The notes under the pieces are model-generated. The model had not been told where the DNA came from, ran no database searches, and saw only the letters and a list, made by a program, of their open reading frames with translations. From positions 1 through 64,000 of the IMG/VR virus record IMGVR_UViG_3300028920_000056: a stretch of DNA of 64,000 nt. One strand, 5' to 3'. The stretch comes from a virus. Shown one piece after another: positions 1-10,567 of this stretch (the first letter of the stretch is position 1; each line of letters begins with the position of its first letter). A program made the translations under genes and the position numbers.

Positions 1-347
1 AGAAGTTCCAACAGGCGCGACTAATATAGTTTTTAATATTAAAAATAGAGCTCAAGATGCACCAGGAACAACAAAAGCAGTAGTATTAAAACTATTTCAT
101 AGACAAATTGTAGAGGGCTCTGCAGTGCCAAGTTGGTCTGCTGGTTTTAATATGAATACAATTAGTATGCCAACAAATGCTTATTGGAAAAATAGTAATG
201 ACAGTTTATCATTAAGCTCGTTAAGTATAACAGCAGGAAGAGTAGTTCAATTTGAATTGACAAGAGACTATGCTCACGCATCAGATACTTTAGTAGGCTA
301 TTGGCTATTATTATACATGAAAATTTCGTTTACTTAAGAGGTAAAAA

Positions 348-986
348 ATGTTAGAATTTGATGGAAGTAATTATATAACTACAATAAATACATTTGTCCC
401 TCCTACTTATTTAACCTTATCTATGTGGTTCTGTCAAACTTCTTCAAGTGGAGTTCAATATTTAATTGGCAATGATTCATATTGGGTAATTTACACATAT
501 CTTGGGAATCTTGTTTGTTATTTAGGAGGTGGTGCTGGCACCTTTATAAAAACACTTAGTACTGATACATGGTACCACCTTGTATTTTACTTTGATTCTG
601 AAAATGATTGGGTAGAGGTATTAATAGATGGCGTAGTAGAGCTTTGGCAATCAGGCCATACCCAAAGTCCTGTGACCGACTATCTAAGAATAGGATGGGG
701 AACAGATGGACTAGATCCTAGAAAACTTATTGGCAAATTAGATGATGTTAGGATATATTCAAGAATTTTGCCTTGGGCTGAAGCACGCGCAATATACTAT
801 ACAAGAGGAAAAGATTTTATTATAAGTGATTTGCAACATTGGTGGCCCTTACAAGAATATTCTAATAGTACAGTATGTACTGGCGCTGGTACAGTTAAAG
901 ATGTAATAGGTGGTCTAAATTGTACTCCAACTAATGATCCTGTATATGGAATGCCTATATCAGAAATTGGGAGGTCTCCATTATAA
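348..986 (+). CDS. LamG/concanavalin-like domain virion protein
   Basis: LEFDG start, TLSMWF, DTWYHLVF, VLIDG, IGWG and GKLDDVRIYSRIL are typical LamG-3 motifs. Confidence 0.8.
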   Translation: MLEFDGSNYITTINTFVPPTYLTLSMWFCQTSSSGVQYLIGNDSYWVIYTYLGNLVCYLGGGAGTFIKTLSTDTWYHLVFYFDSENDWVEVLIDGVVELWQSGHTQSPVTDYLRIGWGTDGLDPRKLIGKLDDVRIYSRILPWAEARAIYYTRGKDFIISDLQHWWPLQEYSNSTVCTGAGTVKDVIGGLNCTPTNDPVYGMPISEIGRSPL

Positions 987-1528
987 TGAACAGTTGTTAT
1001 GTAGTTTATGATCCTAATGATATATACGTAAAAAATAGAGTAATATTCTATAATAGTAGTGAAAAGTTATCAGATACAGCAAGAAAAAATGGTTGGGGCA
1101 ATGCTTTTATAAAAAAAGAAAATATGTTGACTCCAACTACTCATTGGGATTATTTATTTTGGAAAGTTATAAATGTAGAATACGCTTCTGAAACTGATGC
1201 TGAAGTTGTAGAAATGGATGATCTCGAGAAAGAATATGTAAAAGAGTTACTTTCTGGAGTAGAGATAAGACTTAAAAAGTATTTAGTAGAAGAATATAAT
1301 GATGACGGATATGTTTCAAAGAGAACATATTATTACCATGATAATAATGATGGCACATATACTGGAGAAATAGAAGAAACTATATATACATATTCAGAAA
1401 TTACTCCAAACTTGTTAGAAAGTCATAATACTAAAACATATTATTTAGACGGCACAGAAAGAACAGATGAAACTTTCAATTATTATACAAATGAAGATGG
1501 AAGTTTGATTATTAAAAAAGAGGAATAA
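986..1528 (+). CDS. hypothetical protein, probably virion-associated
   Basis: 180-aa ORF coupled to the LamG gene; Tyr/Thr-rich beta-hairpin-like C-terminal half. Confidence 0.5.
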   Translation: MNSCYVVYDPNDIYVKNRVIFYNSSEKLSDTARKNGWGNAFIKKENMLTPTTHWDYLFWKVINVEYASETDAEVVEMDDLEKEYVKELLSGVEIRLKKYLVEEYNDDGYVSKRTYYYHDNNDGTYTGEIEETIYTYSEITPNLLESHNTKTYYLDGTERTDETFNYYTNEDGSLIIKKEE

Positions 1529-1531
1529 CTT

Positions 1532-2098
1532 ATGGATGAATCTTTAGGATTTTCAAAAAAAGTAATAGTAGAAATTGATGGAGCACCAGCTACAGCTGGA
1601 AAAGTACCAGTTGCAACGGAAATAGAGTCAGAAATTCCTGTTGTTATTAGTAACACTAATACTATTTTACCAGTTACTCCAGGTATAATGAAAACTCATC
1701 ATATTTTCAGTTATGAAACTATTGAAAAAGAAGATGTAGGTTCAACTTATGTAACAGTAAAAACTATTGATTTAGAAGATAAGTTTTTACGAGAAATTTT
1801 ATTTTCAGTAGATAGAAAGGATGTAACTGTTAAGATTAGTATTGATGGAAATCAGATAGTAGAGTTACAAATAGATTATTTATATGATTTCTTTAATCAT
1901 GGAAATGAGCAGGATATTTCTGATAGCTTTTCTGTATATAGATCTAAAGGTGGTAACTATGGAGTTCGTCTAACCTACAACAATAATTTAGTCACTAATG
2001 AGCTTACTATTGAAGTCAAAAAAACTACTGGTTCTGCTAAAGATGTTGTATTTCAAGGTATAGTTTATGTTTATAATGAAAAACTAGAATCAGCTTAA
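1532..2098 (+). CDS. hypothetical structural protein
   Basis: 188-aa beta-rich ORF in structural cluster with GAGGA RBS. Confidence 0.5.
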   Translation: MDESLGFSKKVIVEIDGAPATAGKVPVATEIESEIPVVISNTNTILPVTPGIMKTHHIFSYETIEKEDVGSTYVTVKTIDLEDKFLREILFSVDRKDVTVKISIDGNQIVELQIDYLYDFFNHGNEQDISDSFSVYRSKGGNYGVRLTYNNNLVTNELTIEVKKTTGSAKDVVFQGIVYVYNEKLESA

Positions 2099-2109
2099 GG
2101 AGACAAAAA

Positions 2110-2763
2110 ATGACAACATGGACAGAATTAAAAACTTACATTCAAAATAAAGAAGATTTACGATATATAAAATATGGTACTAAAAAATATATCATTTGGG
2201 TTAATCTTGGAAATAATAAATTAGAAACTGAAATATTTCTTACTGATCCTGCGGGCTCAGATCAAGCAGATTTTGAAACAAATTATAAAAGCAGTGCTAA
2301 TTTTGCTTCACCAAGAAAAACTGAAGACGGTGGAATAGTTGTGGGGCAAACTTATGGTGCTACTCCAGAAACAGCAGTTTGGAAAAAAAGAAAACATACT
2401 GCTATAGCAGGTGAGACTTCTTTCTTTGATATAGCAATTACAACTGAAATAAGATTGAGAGGTGGATCATACAACGTGCTCAATTTTGACGATGTACATG
2501 GTGATGATTTTTTAGAATTTTCAGTAATAGACAAAGATGATGTTCTAGGTTTATTCCCACTTTATGGATTAACTGTTGGTGTTGATATTTTAGAGTTGCA
2601 TAAATTTGTTAAGACAGAGTACATTGAAGACGGAGGTTTTGAATTTGGTAATAATTCATGGTCGGCATTTTTAGTTTATCAAGGGTTATATTTGCGAGCA
2701 GCTTACAATAGTTATGGTACTACTAATATAAATTTTTACACAAGATTACTATGGTTTGAATAG
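2110..2763 (+). CDS. hypothetical structural protein
   Basis: 217-aa ORF, AGGAG RBS, DFETNYK motif often seen in phage fibre-associated proteins. Confidence 0.5.
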   Translation: MTTWTELKTYIQNKEDLRYIKYGTKKYIIWVNLGNNKLETEIFLTDPAGSDQADFETNYKSSANFASPRKTEDGGIVVGQTYGATPETAVWKKRKHTAIAGETSFFDIAITTEIRLRGGSYNVLNFDDVHGDDFLEFSVIDKDDVLGLFPLYGLTVGVDILELHKFVKTEYIEDGGFEFGNNSWSAFLVYQGLYLRAAYNSYGTTNINFYTRLLWFE

Positions 2764-2944
2764 GAGGAAACAGATGAGTAGACATCCAGATAGAATAACA
2801 ACATACGAAGATGATCATGACACAAAAGGTAAAACTGTTAAAATAAAAAAGAATGATAAATGTCGAAAAGCAAAAGTAACTGAAAAAATGACATTAGCAG
2901 AACTTCAAGAATTAATTATAAAAAAGCGAAAGGAAAAATAATAT

Positions 2945-4078
2945 TTGGCTCAATTAAGTACTACCGAACGTATAAATATCGCATATAAAATGACACTATC
3001 TGTCCAGGGAACAGCTAATACTGATGATGCGTTGGGACGAAATTATTATGAAGAACCATTTCCATGGATAGCAATAATAACTGGTACAGATGTTATAGTT
3101 GAACCAGTACCTTATGCTGCAGTTGGTGAAGGAGACGTTAAACAATCTGAGAATCCAACAATAATCTCAAAAGTTGATATGAAATTAACTAAAAAGTCAG
3201 GTTACAATGAAAGATTGTGGGGAGCACATTCAACATATGATGATGAAAATTCAAATATTTACAGTAACTTTCTTTTACCCCAACGATTTGGCCCTGGATA
3301 TACTTTAAGATTATATGAAGACGATGGTGCTGGCAATAAAGGAAATGAGATAACAACAACAGAAGGTGCATGGATTTTTTCATATAAAGGTGGTTTGTTA
3401 ATACTTGGAGACAATTATACTGCATCTGATATGGGTTGGACAGAACCACTCCATATTGTTGGCTATAGATATATTGGTGACACTTTACAGTCAGTAGTTT
3501 CTCCATCGTTAGATGATGCATATAACAATGGAAGGTATGTAGATGTAGACGAAGGGCCAGTAGAATTAGACGCAACACCCGACAATGGGAATAAATATGC
3601 TCCCTTACGACTAACTAATTTAACCAATGCACCAAGTTCAGCTTTAGCAGCTGGTGATGTAGCAATAGTACAAAACAGATTGTGGGTTTATGATGGTGGA
3701 AGATCAAAGTGGTTATCAGTGCATAGAGACAAACCACTGTTTGGCAAAAGAAGAGCAGATGGAATGTATTTAAATTTAGCAAATTTCTCTTTTGTGTCTA
3801 GATATATTGGTTTTATTGCTCATATAGACGCTACCATAGTTAGTATTTCAGCTAAATGTGATGGAGGATATTTAGCAAAAACCATAAGAATAAGGAGAAA
3901 TGCATTACAAACTGATTTATTTTCTTTTTCATTATCATCTGGAAACTATTTAAATGAATCAGCTAATATTAATATAAATGCTGGCGATTACGTACAAGTA
4001 TTTGCTGATCCAGCAGGAACTGCAGCAAACAACTTAATTGTACAATTAGAAATTGCCTATAGGCTTCAAGTAATATAA
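2945..4078 (+). CDS. virion structural/fibre protein
   Basis: 377 aa, TTG start after AAGGA; C-terminal domain (YDGGRSKWL...ADGMYL...YVQVFADPAGTAANN...EIAYR) is paralogous to the C-terminus of 4241..8359. Confidence 0.65.
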   Translation: MAQLSTTERINIAYKMTLSVQGTANTDDALGRNYYEEPFPWIAIITGTDVIVEPVPYAAVGEGDVKQSENPTIISKVDMKLTKKSGYNERLWGAHSTYDDENSNIYSNFLLPQRFGPGYTLRLYEDDGAGNKGNEITTTEGAWIFSYKGGLLILGDNYTASDMGWTEPLHIVGYRYIGDTLQSVVSPSLDDAYNNGRYVDVDEGPVELDATPDNGNKYAPLRLTNLTNAPSSALAAGDVAIVQNRLWVYDGGRSKWLSVHRDKPLFGKRRADGMYLNLANFSFVSRYIGFIAHIDATIVSISAKCDGGYLAKTIRIRRNALQTDLFSFSLSSGNYLNESANININAGDYVQVFADPAGTAANNLIVQLEIAYRLQVI

Positions 4079-4240
4079 AATGAAGCATGCAATAAGATAT
4101 TCAAGAAGTTATAAATTTTAAAAACTAATATTTCGAAACTTTCATTTGAAATACTTAAATCTCAAGATAATTATAAAATAATAGAAAATATACGTGTAGA
4201 GTTAATATAATAATTAAAAATTATATGGAGGTATAAAAAC

Positions 4241-7200
4241 ATGAAATACTATCTTGCGAATAGATCAACTGATACTGATAAAACGATTAATGATATAGGA
4301 CTTTTAGTACCCTATAGTGGTTATATTGTTATTGATAGCAATGATATCAATGGTTGGATGTTAGATTCTAGCGACTTATATAATGCAATTCAAGCTGGTG
4401 TGTCTACTCCTGGAACTGGAGATAAAGGTCTTACTTTATGGGATGATGATCCCGATGGTGCTGGTGAAGTTTATACAACTGCAGCTGCAACAAAAAGATT
4501 GAGTTTATCAAAAGATGGTGACTTAGTAATATTCGACAACTCAGTTGCTAATTTAGCAGGTTCTCCTACTACAATCCAAGCCGCTATTGAAGCACTAGAT
4601 GACAGAGTGGATAATCTCTCTGGTACAAACTGGAAACAACATGTCGAATATAGAGTCCTAGAAATAGGCGGCGGTGACACAACATCTGGTTATCAAGAGT
4701 GGGGTTTTAGTGATGCAACTACAACAGGAAGCGCTTCTGGCTTAGCTAATGACTCAACTACTTACACTTGTTCGATATCTGTAGATGGAGTAGCTAATCC
4801 TATTTCTATAGTAGGATCAGACTCACAAACAATAGGTGATGTAATTGATGAAATTAATGCTGATTTAACTGGAGCTACATGTAGCTTTAATGCTACTGGA
4901 AATGGATTTATTAAAATTACTTCTGATTCAGATGGTACTGCTTCAACTATTGCAATCACAGACACAGATTTGTTTAGTTCTCTAACAAATGCTAATGGAT
5001 CTGCAGAATCTGCAGTTGCAGGAACTAACCCTTCTGCTCCTTCTACACCAGTAGAAGGTGATTTTTGGGTTGATACTACTAAAAATCCAGATGAGTACAA
5101 ACGATATGATGGCTCTGATTGGGTATTTGAAGGAACAGTTATAGATAGTGATCGAGTAATTAAATTAGACGACACGGCTGGAACTTATTATCAAAGAATA
5201 TTTGTATATGAAGATTCAGGACACACATGGTCAGCAGTTGAAAACAATGAAGACAATGCTGCTTGTATTGTAAATGATGATGGTGATGATCAAGCTGCTA
5301 TGTACGTATTTGATACAGCGGCTGATTCTGGAAATGGTGCTTGGATTAAAACGGCTGATATTGATTGGGGTTCTCCTACACTACAATCAGTATATGACAG
5401 TGGTGATAGCACAGTTACAATGTCAGGAGGAGGTGGTGACGTAGTATGGTCACTACATGATACTGGAAAATGGGAAGTAAACAACGGATCGCTTTATGTT
5501 AGAGTAGTAAGATCTGGCGCTGACATGAACTGGTTAGTTCATTCTTCTCTTATTGATTGGGAAGCTGCTACAATAGATTTAGACTCAACAGGTGGAACAG
5601 ATTTTGCAGACGATGGTGGAGCTCACATTGAATTAGCTGCAGCAGGTGGAATAACAGTAGAGTCAACAACTAGTACTGCGGCTGTTAAAGGTGTATCAAC
5701 TGCTGATTTACAAGCAACCGGTGGTGATGCAAACGCGAAAGCTCGAATACTTTCAAATGGCACTGGAACAGATGCAATTTCTATTCAAGCATCTGGTACA
5801 GGTGGTGATATCGATATTGATGCTAACGATGCTATTACAATTGATGCCGGTGGAGCAATTTCTATTGATGCTGCTGGAGCTTCTAATATTTCAGTAGCTG
5901 GTGCAACATTAACTATAGAAACAACAAGTTCAGGTGATATAGATATAAATTCAGCAGCTAATGTTACAGTTGATGGTACAGGAATTTCAATCGATGGAAC
6001 AGCAGCTTCTAATTTATCTACTACTTCTGCTGATTTAACAATTTCAACAATTACTTCTGGTATATTAAATCTAACATCAGCTGGTAATATGGATATTACA
6101 ATTGGCGGCACATTAAATTGGAATGATGGTACTAATACATGGACACCACAACATGAAGGATTAAGATTAAAAAGTTATACAACTGGTTCTTTACCAGATC
6201 CTCCAGGTGTTACCAGCAACTATGGAGCTATAGCATTTGATACTACAAGAGATATCCCAGTAGTTTGGGTATCAGATTCTGATGGTGGAGGAACTGATGG
6301 CTGGGTGCGAATTCTTACTGAAGAATATGACACAACAGAAACTTTAAATGAAGCATATGATGCTTATGGTGGCACGGCTGGTACTCCAGTTCTTGCTCTT
6401 GTTACAGTCGATGCTGGTAATGTTGAATGGAGATTAACTCCTACAGTTACAACATTTGATCCAGCTAAATTTTTAATTGGTGATGGTACTAATAATTTCT
6501 TCGAAGTTGGCTCAGCAACAGATGGTGATGATTATATAAACATTAAATCAAGAAATGATTCTGATTCACAAACTGGAACTGGAATTACAATTAATGATTA
6601 TAATGTGCAAGCTGGTGGTACAGGTGGTGGCATTAGTATTACTACTACAAAACTTGCTGGTACTGCTGGAAATATTACAATTAATTCAGCGAATGCAATT
6701 GACATTGATGCTACTAATGGTATTACAATTGATGGAACAGCTATTTCTATTGATGGAACAGCAGCTTCTAATTTCACAGTTGATAGCGCAAATTTAACAT
6801 TAAGCACAACAACTTCTGGTAATGTAGTTCTTAATGCAGTTGGAAATATTGATGGTGATGCTGTTAACATTACTTTAGATGCTTCAAGTGGATTTAGTAT
6901 TGATGGTAATGCTGCTTCTAACGTGACAACGACTGGTGCTAATGTAACTTTGAGCACATTAACATCTGGAAATGTTGTCATCAACTCAGTTGATGATTTA
7001 GATGTTGATGCATCAAATATGACATTCGACGCAACTGGTGGAGTTTCTATTGATGCAGCAGCAGCTTCTAATATAACAGTTGATGACGCTAATTTAACTA
7101 TTGAAACTACAACTTCTGGTGACGTAGACATAAATTCAGCAGCTAATGTTACAGTTGATGCAACTTCTGCAATTTCTTTAGACGCCGCGGCTGCTTCCAA

Positions 7201-8359
7201 CTTTACAGTAGCTAGTGCAAACTTAACTCTTTCTACTACAACTTCAGGTGATGTTATTGCTAATGCTGCTGGTAATGTTGATGTAGACGGTGTTAACGTT
7301 ACTATAGATGCTAGCTCAGCTTTCTCAATTGATGGTGCAGCTGCTTCTAATGTGACAGTAACTGGTGGAAATTTAACACTTTCTACTGTTACTTCTGGAG
7401 ATATTAAAGTAACAGCTGTTGATGGAATTGAGTTTACTGCAGCTGATGGTACAATACTTTGGACTGATGGTACTAATATATGGACACCACAACATGAAGG
7501 GTTAAGATTAAAAAATTATGCAACTGGTTCTTTACCAACGCCTCCAGGTGTTACTGGAAACTATGGTGCAATTGCTTTTGATACAACTTTAGACGCACCA
7601 GTAGTTTGGGTATCAGATTCTGATGGTGGAGGAACTGATGGCTGGTTACAGCTAAGAACTGCTGCTGATGATTTAACCGAAACTTTAGATGAATCATATA
7701 ATAATTATGGTGCAACAGCAGCTATTATCACTATAGACAATGGTGAAGGTCAAGGAGATCTTATTTTCAGATTAGCAGCAGACACTGACTCATTTAAAAT
7801 AGACGATGGAACAAATACTATATGTGAATTCACAAGAGATTCAACAGCAGGCGCTGCTGATGGTAGAGTTGATGTTGGCGACAATGCTATATTAGGATTA
7901 CCTGCTAAATCAGCCGCTCCTACAGCTTCCAATGCAGCTGGTGATTTATTCTATGATACAGATGATGGATTATGTTATGTTTATGACGGCACACGATCTA
8001 AATTCTTAACAACGACAAGAATGCATTTAACATTTGGTGCTGCTAATGCTGATGGACGATATTTACGAATTAGTGGTGCACAAGCTGCACAGACAGGTTA
8101 CAGAATGCCTAAAGATGGAACTATTACCTCAGTCACAATTATAGGTGCCAGTGGAAATGCAACAAAAGCTTTTGAGATTAGAAGAAACAACAATTCTGTG
8201 GCACCCCTTAAAAGTTTTTCACTTTCTTCTACAGTATACACTGATGCTGCTGTAAATGTTAACTTCGACGCAACAGATTATATACAAGTATTTGCAAGTC
8301 CAGTTGGTACTGCAGTAAACAATGTAGTTGCTATAATTGAAGTTGCTTTCAGACAATAA
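4241..8359 (+). CDS. large repeat-rich fibre/structural protein
   Basis: 1372 aa, G/A/T/S/D-rich; ~43-aa repeats (SIDGxAASNxTVxxANLTLSTTTSGDV); GGAGG RBS; followed by a terminator. Confidence 0.75.
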   Translation: MKYYLANRSTDTDKTINDIGLLVPYSGYIVIDSNDINGWMLDSSDLYNAIQAGVSTPGTGDKGLTLWDDDPDGAGEVYTTAAATKRLSLSKDGDLVIFDNSVANLAGSPTTIQAAIEALDDRVDNLSGTNWKQHVEYRVLEIGGGDTTSGYQEWGFSDATTTGSASGLANDSTTYTCSISVDGVANPISIVGSDSQTIGDVIDEINADLTGATCSFNATGNGFIKITSDSDGTASTIAITDTDLFSSLTNANGSAESAVAGTNPSAPSTPVEGDFWVDTTKNPDEYKRYDGSDWVFEGTVIDSDRVIKLDDTAGTYYQRIFVYEDSGHTWSAVENNEDNAACIVNDDGDDQAAMYVFDTAADSGNGAWIKTADIDWGSPTLQSVYDSGDSTVTMSGGGGDVVWSLHDTGKWEVNNGSLYVRVVRSGADMNWLVHSSLIDWEAATIDLDSTGGTDFADDGGAHIELAAAGGITVESTTSTAAVKGVSTADLQATGGDANAKARILSNGTGTDAISIQASGTGGDIDIDANDAITIDAGGAISIDAAGASNISVAGATLTIETTSSGDIDINSAANVTVDGTGISIDGTAASNLSTTSADLTISTITSGILNLTSAGNMDITIGGTLNWNDGTNTWTPQHEGLRLKSYTTGSLPDPPGVTSNYGAIAFDTTRDIPVVWVSDSDGGGTDGWVRILTEEYDTTETLNEAYDAYGGTAGTPVLALVTVDAGNVEWRLTPTVTTFDPAKFLIGDGTNNFFEVGSATDGDDYINIKSRNDSDSQTGTGITINDYNVQAGGTGGGISITTTKLAGTAGNITINSANAIDIDATNGITIDGTAISIDGTAASNFTVDSANLTLSTTTSGNVVLNAVGNIDGDAVNITLDASSGFSIDGNAASNVTTTGANVTLSTLTSGNVVINSVDDLDVDASNMTFDATGGVSIDAAAASNITVDDANLTIETTTSGDVDINSAANVTVDATSAISLDAAAASNFTVASANLTLSTTTSGDVIANAAGNVDVDGVNVTIDASSAFSIDGAAASNVTVTGGNLTLSTVTSGDIKVTAVDGIEFTAADGTILWTDGTNIWTPQHEGLRLKNYATGSLPTPPGVTGNYGAIAFDTTLDAPVVWVSDSDGGGTDGWLQLRTAADDLTETLDESYNNYGATAAIITIDNGEGQGDLIFRLAADTDSFKIDDGTNTICEFTRDSTAGAADGRVDVGDNAILGLPAKSAAPTASNAAGDLFYDTDDGLCYVYDGTRSKFLTTTRMHLTFGAANADGRYLRISGAQAAQTGYRMPKDGTITSVTIIGASGNATKAFEIRRNNNSVAPLKSFSLSSTVYTDAAVNVNFDATDYIQVFASPVGTAVNNVVAIIEVAFRQ

Positions 8360-8370
8360 TCTGAATAAAC

Positions 8371-8400
8371 AATGGGCCACTTCGGTGGCCCATTTTGTGT
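8371..8400 (+). terminator. intrinsic terminator
   Basis: AATGGGCCAC-TTCG-GTGGCCCATT followed by TTGTGT. Confidence 0.85.
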
Positions 8401-8499
8401 TTATATAGTAAGATAATTATATGAATAAAGTATATATTTAATAAAAAAATTGGTAGAATTGAATAAAACTTTTTACAGCATAATTTAATATAAGGGATA

Positions 8500-8508
8500 A
8501 AGATAAAT
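8500..8508 (+). promoter_or_regulatory. AAGATAAWT putative late promoter (representative copy)
   Basis: Motif recurs in intergenic gaps at 4164, 8410, 8500, 10539, 23286, 25466, 35511, 45792, 47692, 48587, 49059, 54336, 55239, 60986 and on the minus strand at 50847-50855. Confidence 0.6.
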
Positions 8509-8510
8509 AT

Positions 8511-8768
8511 ATGGACTTAAGAGAATTATTACTGCAATTTGCTGGTGAAAATGAAGCATCCCTTAAATTAGATGAATTGATATCTTTAAATGTGCTCAAT
8601 GTAAGTGTACATAGTGATTTTAATAATGGAATAGAGTTGTTAGTTGACAATCCATTAATCACTGAATCAATTGTAAAAAAGATTGATGAATTACTTATTA
8701 AAAATAATTATGAATCATATGATATTACTATTAAAGAGCCAGATATTATAAGGATTGAATTAGCTTAA
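8511..8768 (+). CDS. hypothetical protein
   Basis: 85-aa ORF directly after the AAGATAAAT motif. Confidence 0.55.
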   Translation: MDLRELLLQFAGENEASLKLDELISLNVLNVSVHSDFNNGIELLVDNPLITESIVKKIDELLIKNNYESYDITIKEPDIIRIELA

Positions 8769-9028
8769 TGAAACTTAGCAACTTACTTAACAAAGTACTC
8801 AATGAAGATATAAGAAAACCTACTGATGCAGAAAGAGAAGAACATAAAAAACGAAAATCAGGTAGTGGAAAATTATATTATATAATAGTAAGTGAAACTG
8901 GCAAAAAATTAGGCTATATTGACGATGAATATGTAAAAAGATTAAATGCTAAAGAAGGGAAGAAATATTCACCACTAGGTGCAGCAAAGAGACGTTTATC
9001 ACAAGTAGAACATTTTAAAGAACAATGA
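8768..9028 (+). CDS. small basic protein, possible head-internal protein
   Basis: N-terminal MKLSNLLNKVLNE leader; C-terminal AKRRLSQVEHFK motif. Confidence 0.55.
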   Translation: MKLSNLLNKVLNEDIRKPTDAEREEHKKRKSGSGKLYYIIVSETGKKLGYIDDEYVKRLNAKEGKKYSPLGAAKRRLSQVEHFKEQ

Positions 9029-9567
9029 TAAATAAGATACAATTTATTGATTTCTTTAAATATTTGTATGCAAATAATAAATTGCAATATATTGAAAAAG
9101 ATTTATCGTTATTGTATAATTTTATAAATGGCAAAATAGAAAAGAAAGAAATTATTGAAGAAATAGAAAAAATAATTTTTGAGAATATATTAAAAGAATA
9201 TAAAGATGAAGGCGGTAATGCTGAAGGATTTTATAACCAACATAAAAAGCTTTTAAATAGTGATAATAAGAAAACAATAGTATTTTTAAAAACATTCCAG
9301 TTAAATAATTTAAAAGAACTTAAGAAGAAAACAAAATATCCTGACATATTTTATAGTGAAGAATTAAGAAAAACAATATTAATAGAGCAAAATAGTAAAT
9401 GTTTTTTATGTGGCAAAGATATATCAAATTTGTGGCCACACTTACACCATGTTGACTATGAAAAAACAAATTGTGAAAGAAAAAATTTAGTTTTTCTTTG
9501 TAGTCGGTGTCATGGTAAAACTAATTCTAATAGAAAATTTTGGAAAAAGTATTTAACTGAAAAGTAA
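9025..9567 (+). CDS. HNH endonuclease domain protein
   Basis: CFLC...LHHVDYEKTN...NLVFLCSRCHGKTN. Confidence 0.85.
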   Translation: MINKIQFIDFFKYLYANNKLQYIEKDLSLLYNFINGKIEKKEIIEEIEKIIFENILKEYKDEGGNAEGFYNQHKKLLNSDNKKTIVFLKTFQLNNLKELKKKTKYPDIFYSEELRKTILIEQNSKCFLCGKDISNLWPHLHHVDYEKTNCERKNLVFLCSRCHGKTNSNRKFWKKYLTEK

Positions 9568-9611
9568 TTGAAAAATTACTCATTAAGTAATATTTAATAA
9601 CTGGAGTTAAT

Positions 9612-10517
9612 ATGGCAAAAAGACATAAAGCGATAATTAATATAGATGAAAATGTAAGCTTTCCTAAAGGATTTACAATCTCTGATAATAGAATAGAAGA
9701 CTATTTGCAAAAATTTTTAAAACCATCTGAATATTGTGTGTGGAGGCAGTATTTGCGTTATTGGGGTGGTGATAAATCAGTGGCATATCCAAGTCTTTCA
9801 AAAGTAAGTGAAAAAACTGGTTTGTCTGAAAAGACAATAAGAACTGCAAATAAAGAATTAGTTAAAAAAGGTTTTCTTAAATACAGAAGTGGTTGTGCCA
9901 ATCGCAGCAATCAATATCATTATATTCCAATTGAAGAGTTGATAAAAAAATATTATGGATCTACTACTTTAGCTGATGCAAAAAAAGATTGTATAGAGCC
10001 CATTGAACAATATGATAAAATTCAAAAAGAAACTTTTAATTTATTTAACAAAATAAGCAGTGAGCATAAAGCTTTTTTCACAACATTTAGCAAAGCTTAT
10101 AAAGAAAAAATGGGTATGAAATATGTGCCAAGTAAAAGTGACATGAAAACTCTATCAACTGTCAATTTTAAAGATACTATATTAGACAAAATGTATGCTC
10201 TTGTGAGAACGTTTTTTAACAGCCGAAATAGTTATATCGAAAGGTGTGATTACACACTATTCTTTTTCTTAAGACCAAAGACACAACAAATAATAATAAG
10301 CGAATATAATCAAACCGACGAAGGAATGTGGACTGCCCAAGCTGAAAAACATTGGGACAAAATCGAGAAAGTAATGGGGACAGTAGATTGGAGTTCTCAT
10401 GAAGAAATGGAAATAATGATAAAAGAATTGTTAGGTGCAAGATTGTCAGGCGCAAGCAAAGAACGCGATGACTTTGTAGTTAACTATCTTATCGATAAAT
10501 TAAAAGCTCAACAATAA
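9612..10517 (+). CDS. helix-turn-helix DNA-binding protein (replication-initiator-like N-terminus)
   Basis: AYPSLSKVSEKTGLSEKTIRTANKELVKKGFL...SNQY matches the winged HTH of phage replisome organisers. Confidence 0.7.
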   Translation: MAKRHKAIINIDENVSFPKGFTISDNRIEDYLQKFLKPSEYCVWRQYLRYWGGDKSVAYPSLSKVSEKTGLSEKTIRTANKELVKKGFLKYRSGCANRSNQYHYIPIEELIKKYYGSTTLADAKKDCIEPIEQYDKIQKETFNLFNKISSEHKAFFTTFSKAYKEKMGMKYVPSKSDMKTLSTVNFKDTILDKMYALVRTFFNSRNSYIERCDYTLFFFLRPKTQQIIISEYNQTDEGMWTAQAEKHWDKIEKVMGTVDWSSHEEMEIMIKELLGARLSGASKERDDFVVNYLIDKLKAQQ

Positions 10518-10567
10518 AGTATTTATGACACTAATGGCAAGATAATTCTGAGGAGAAGTGCATTCTT

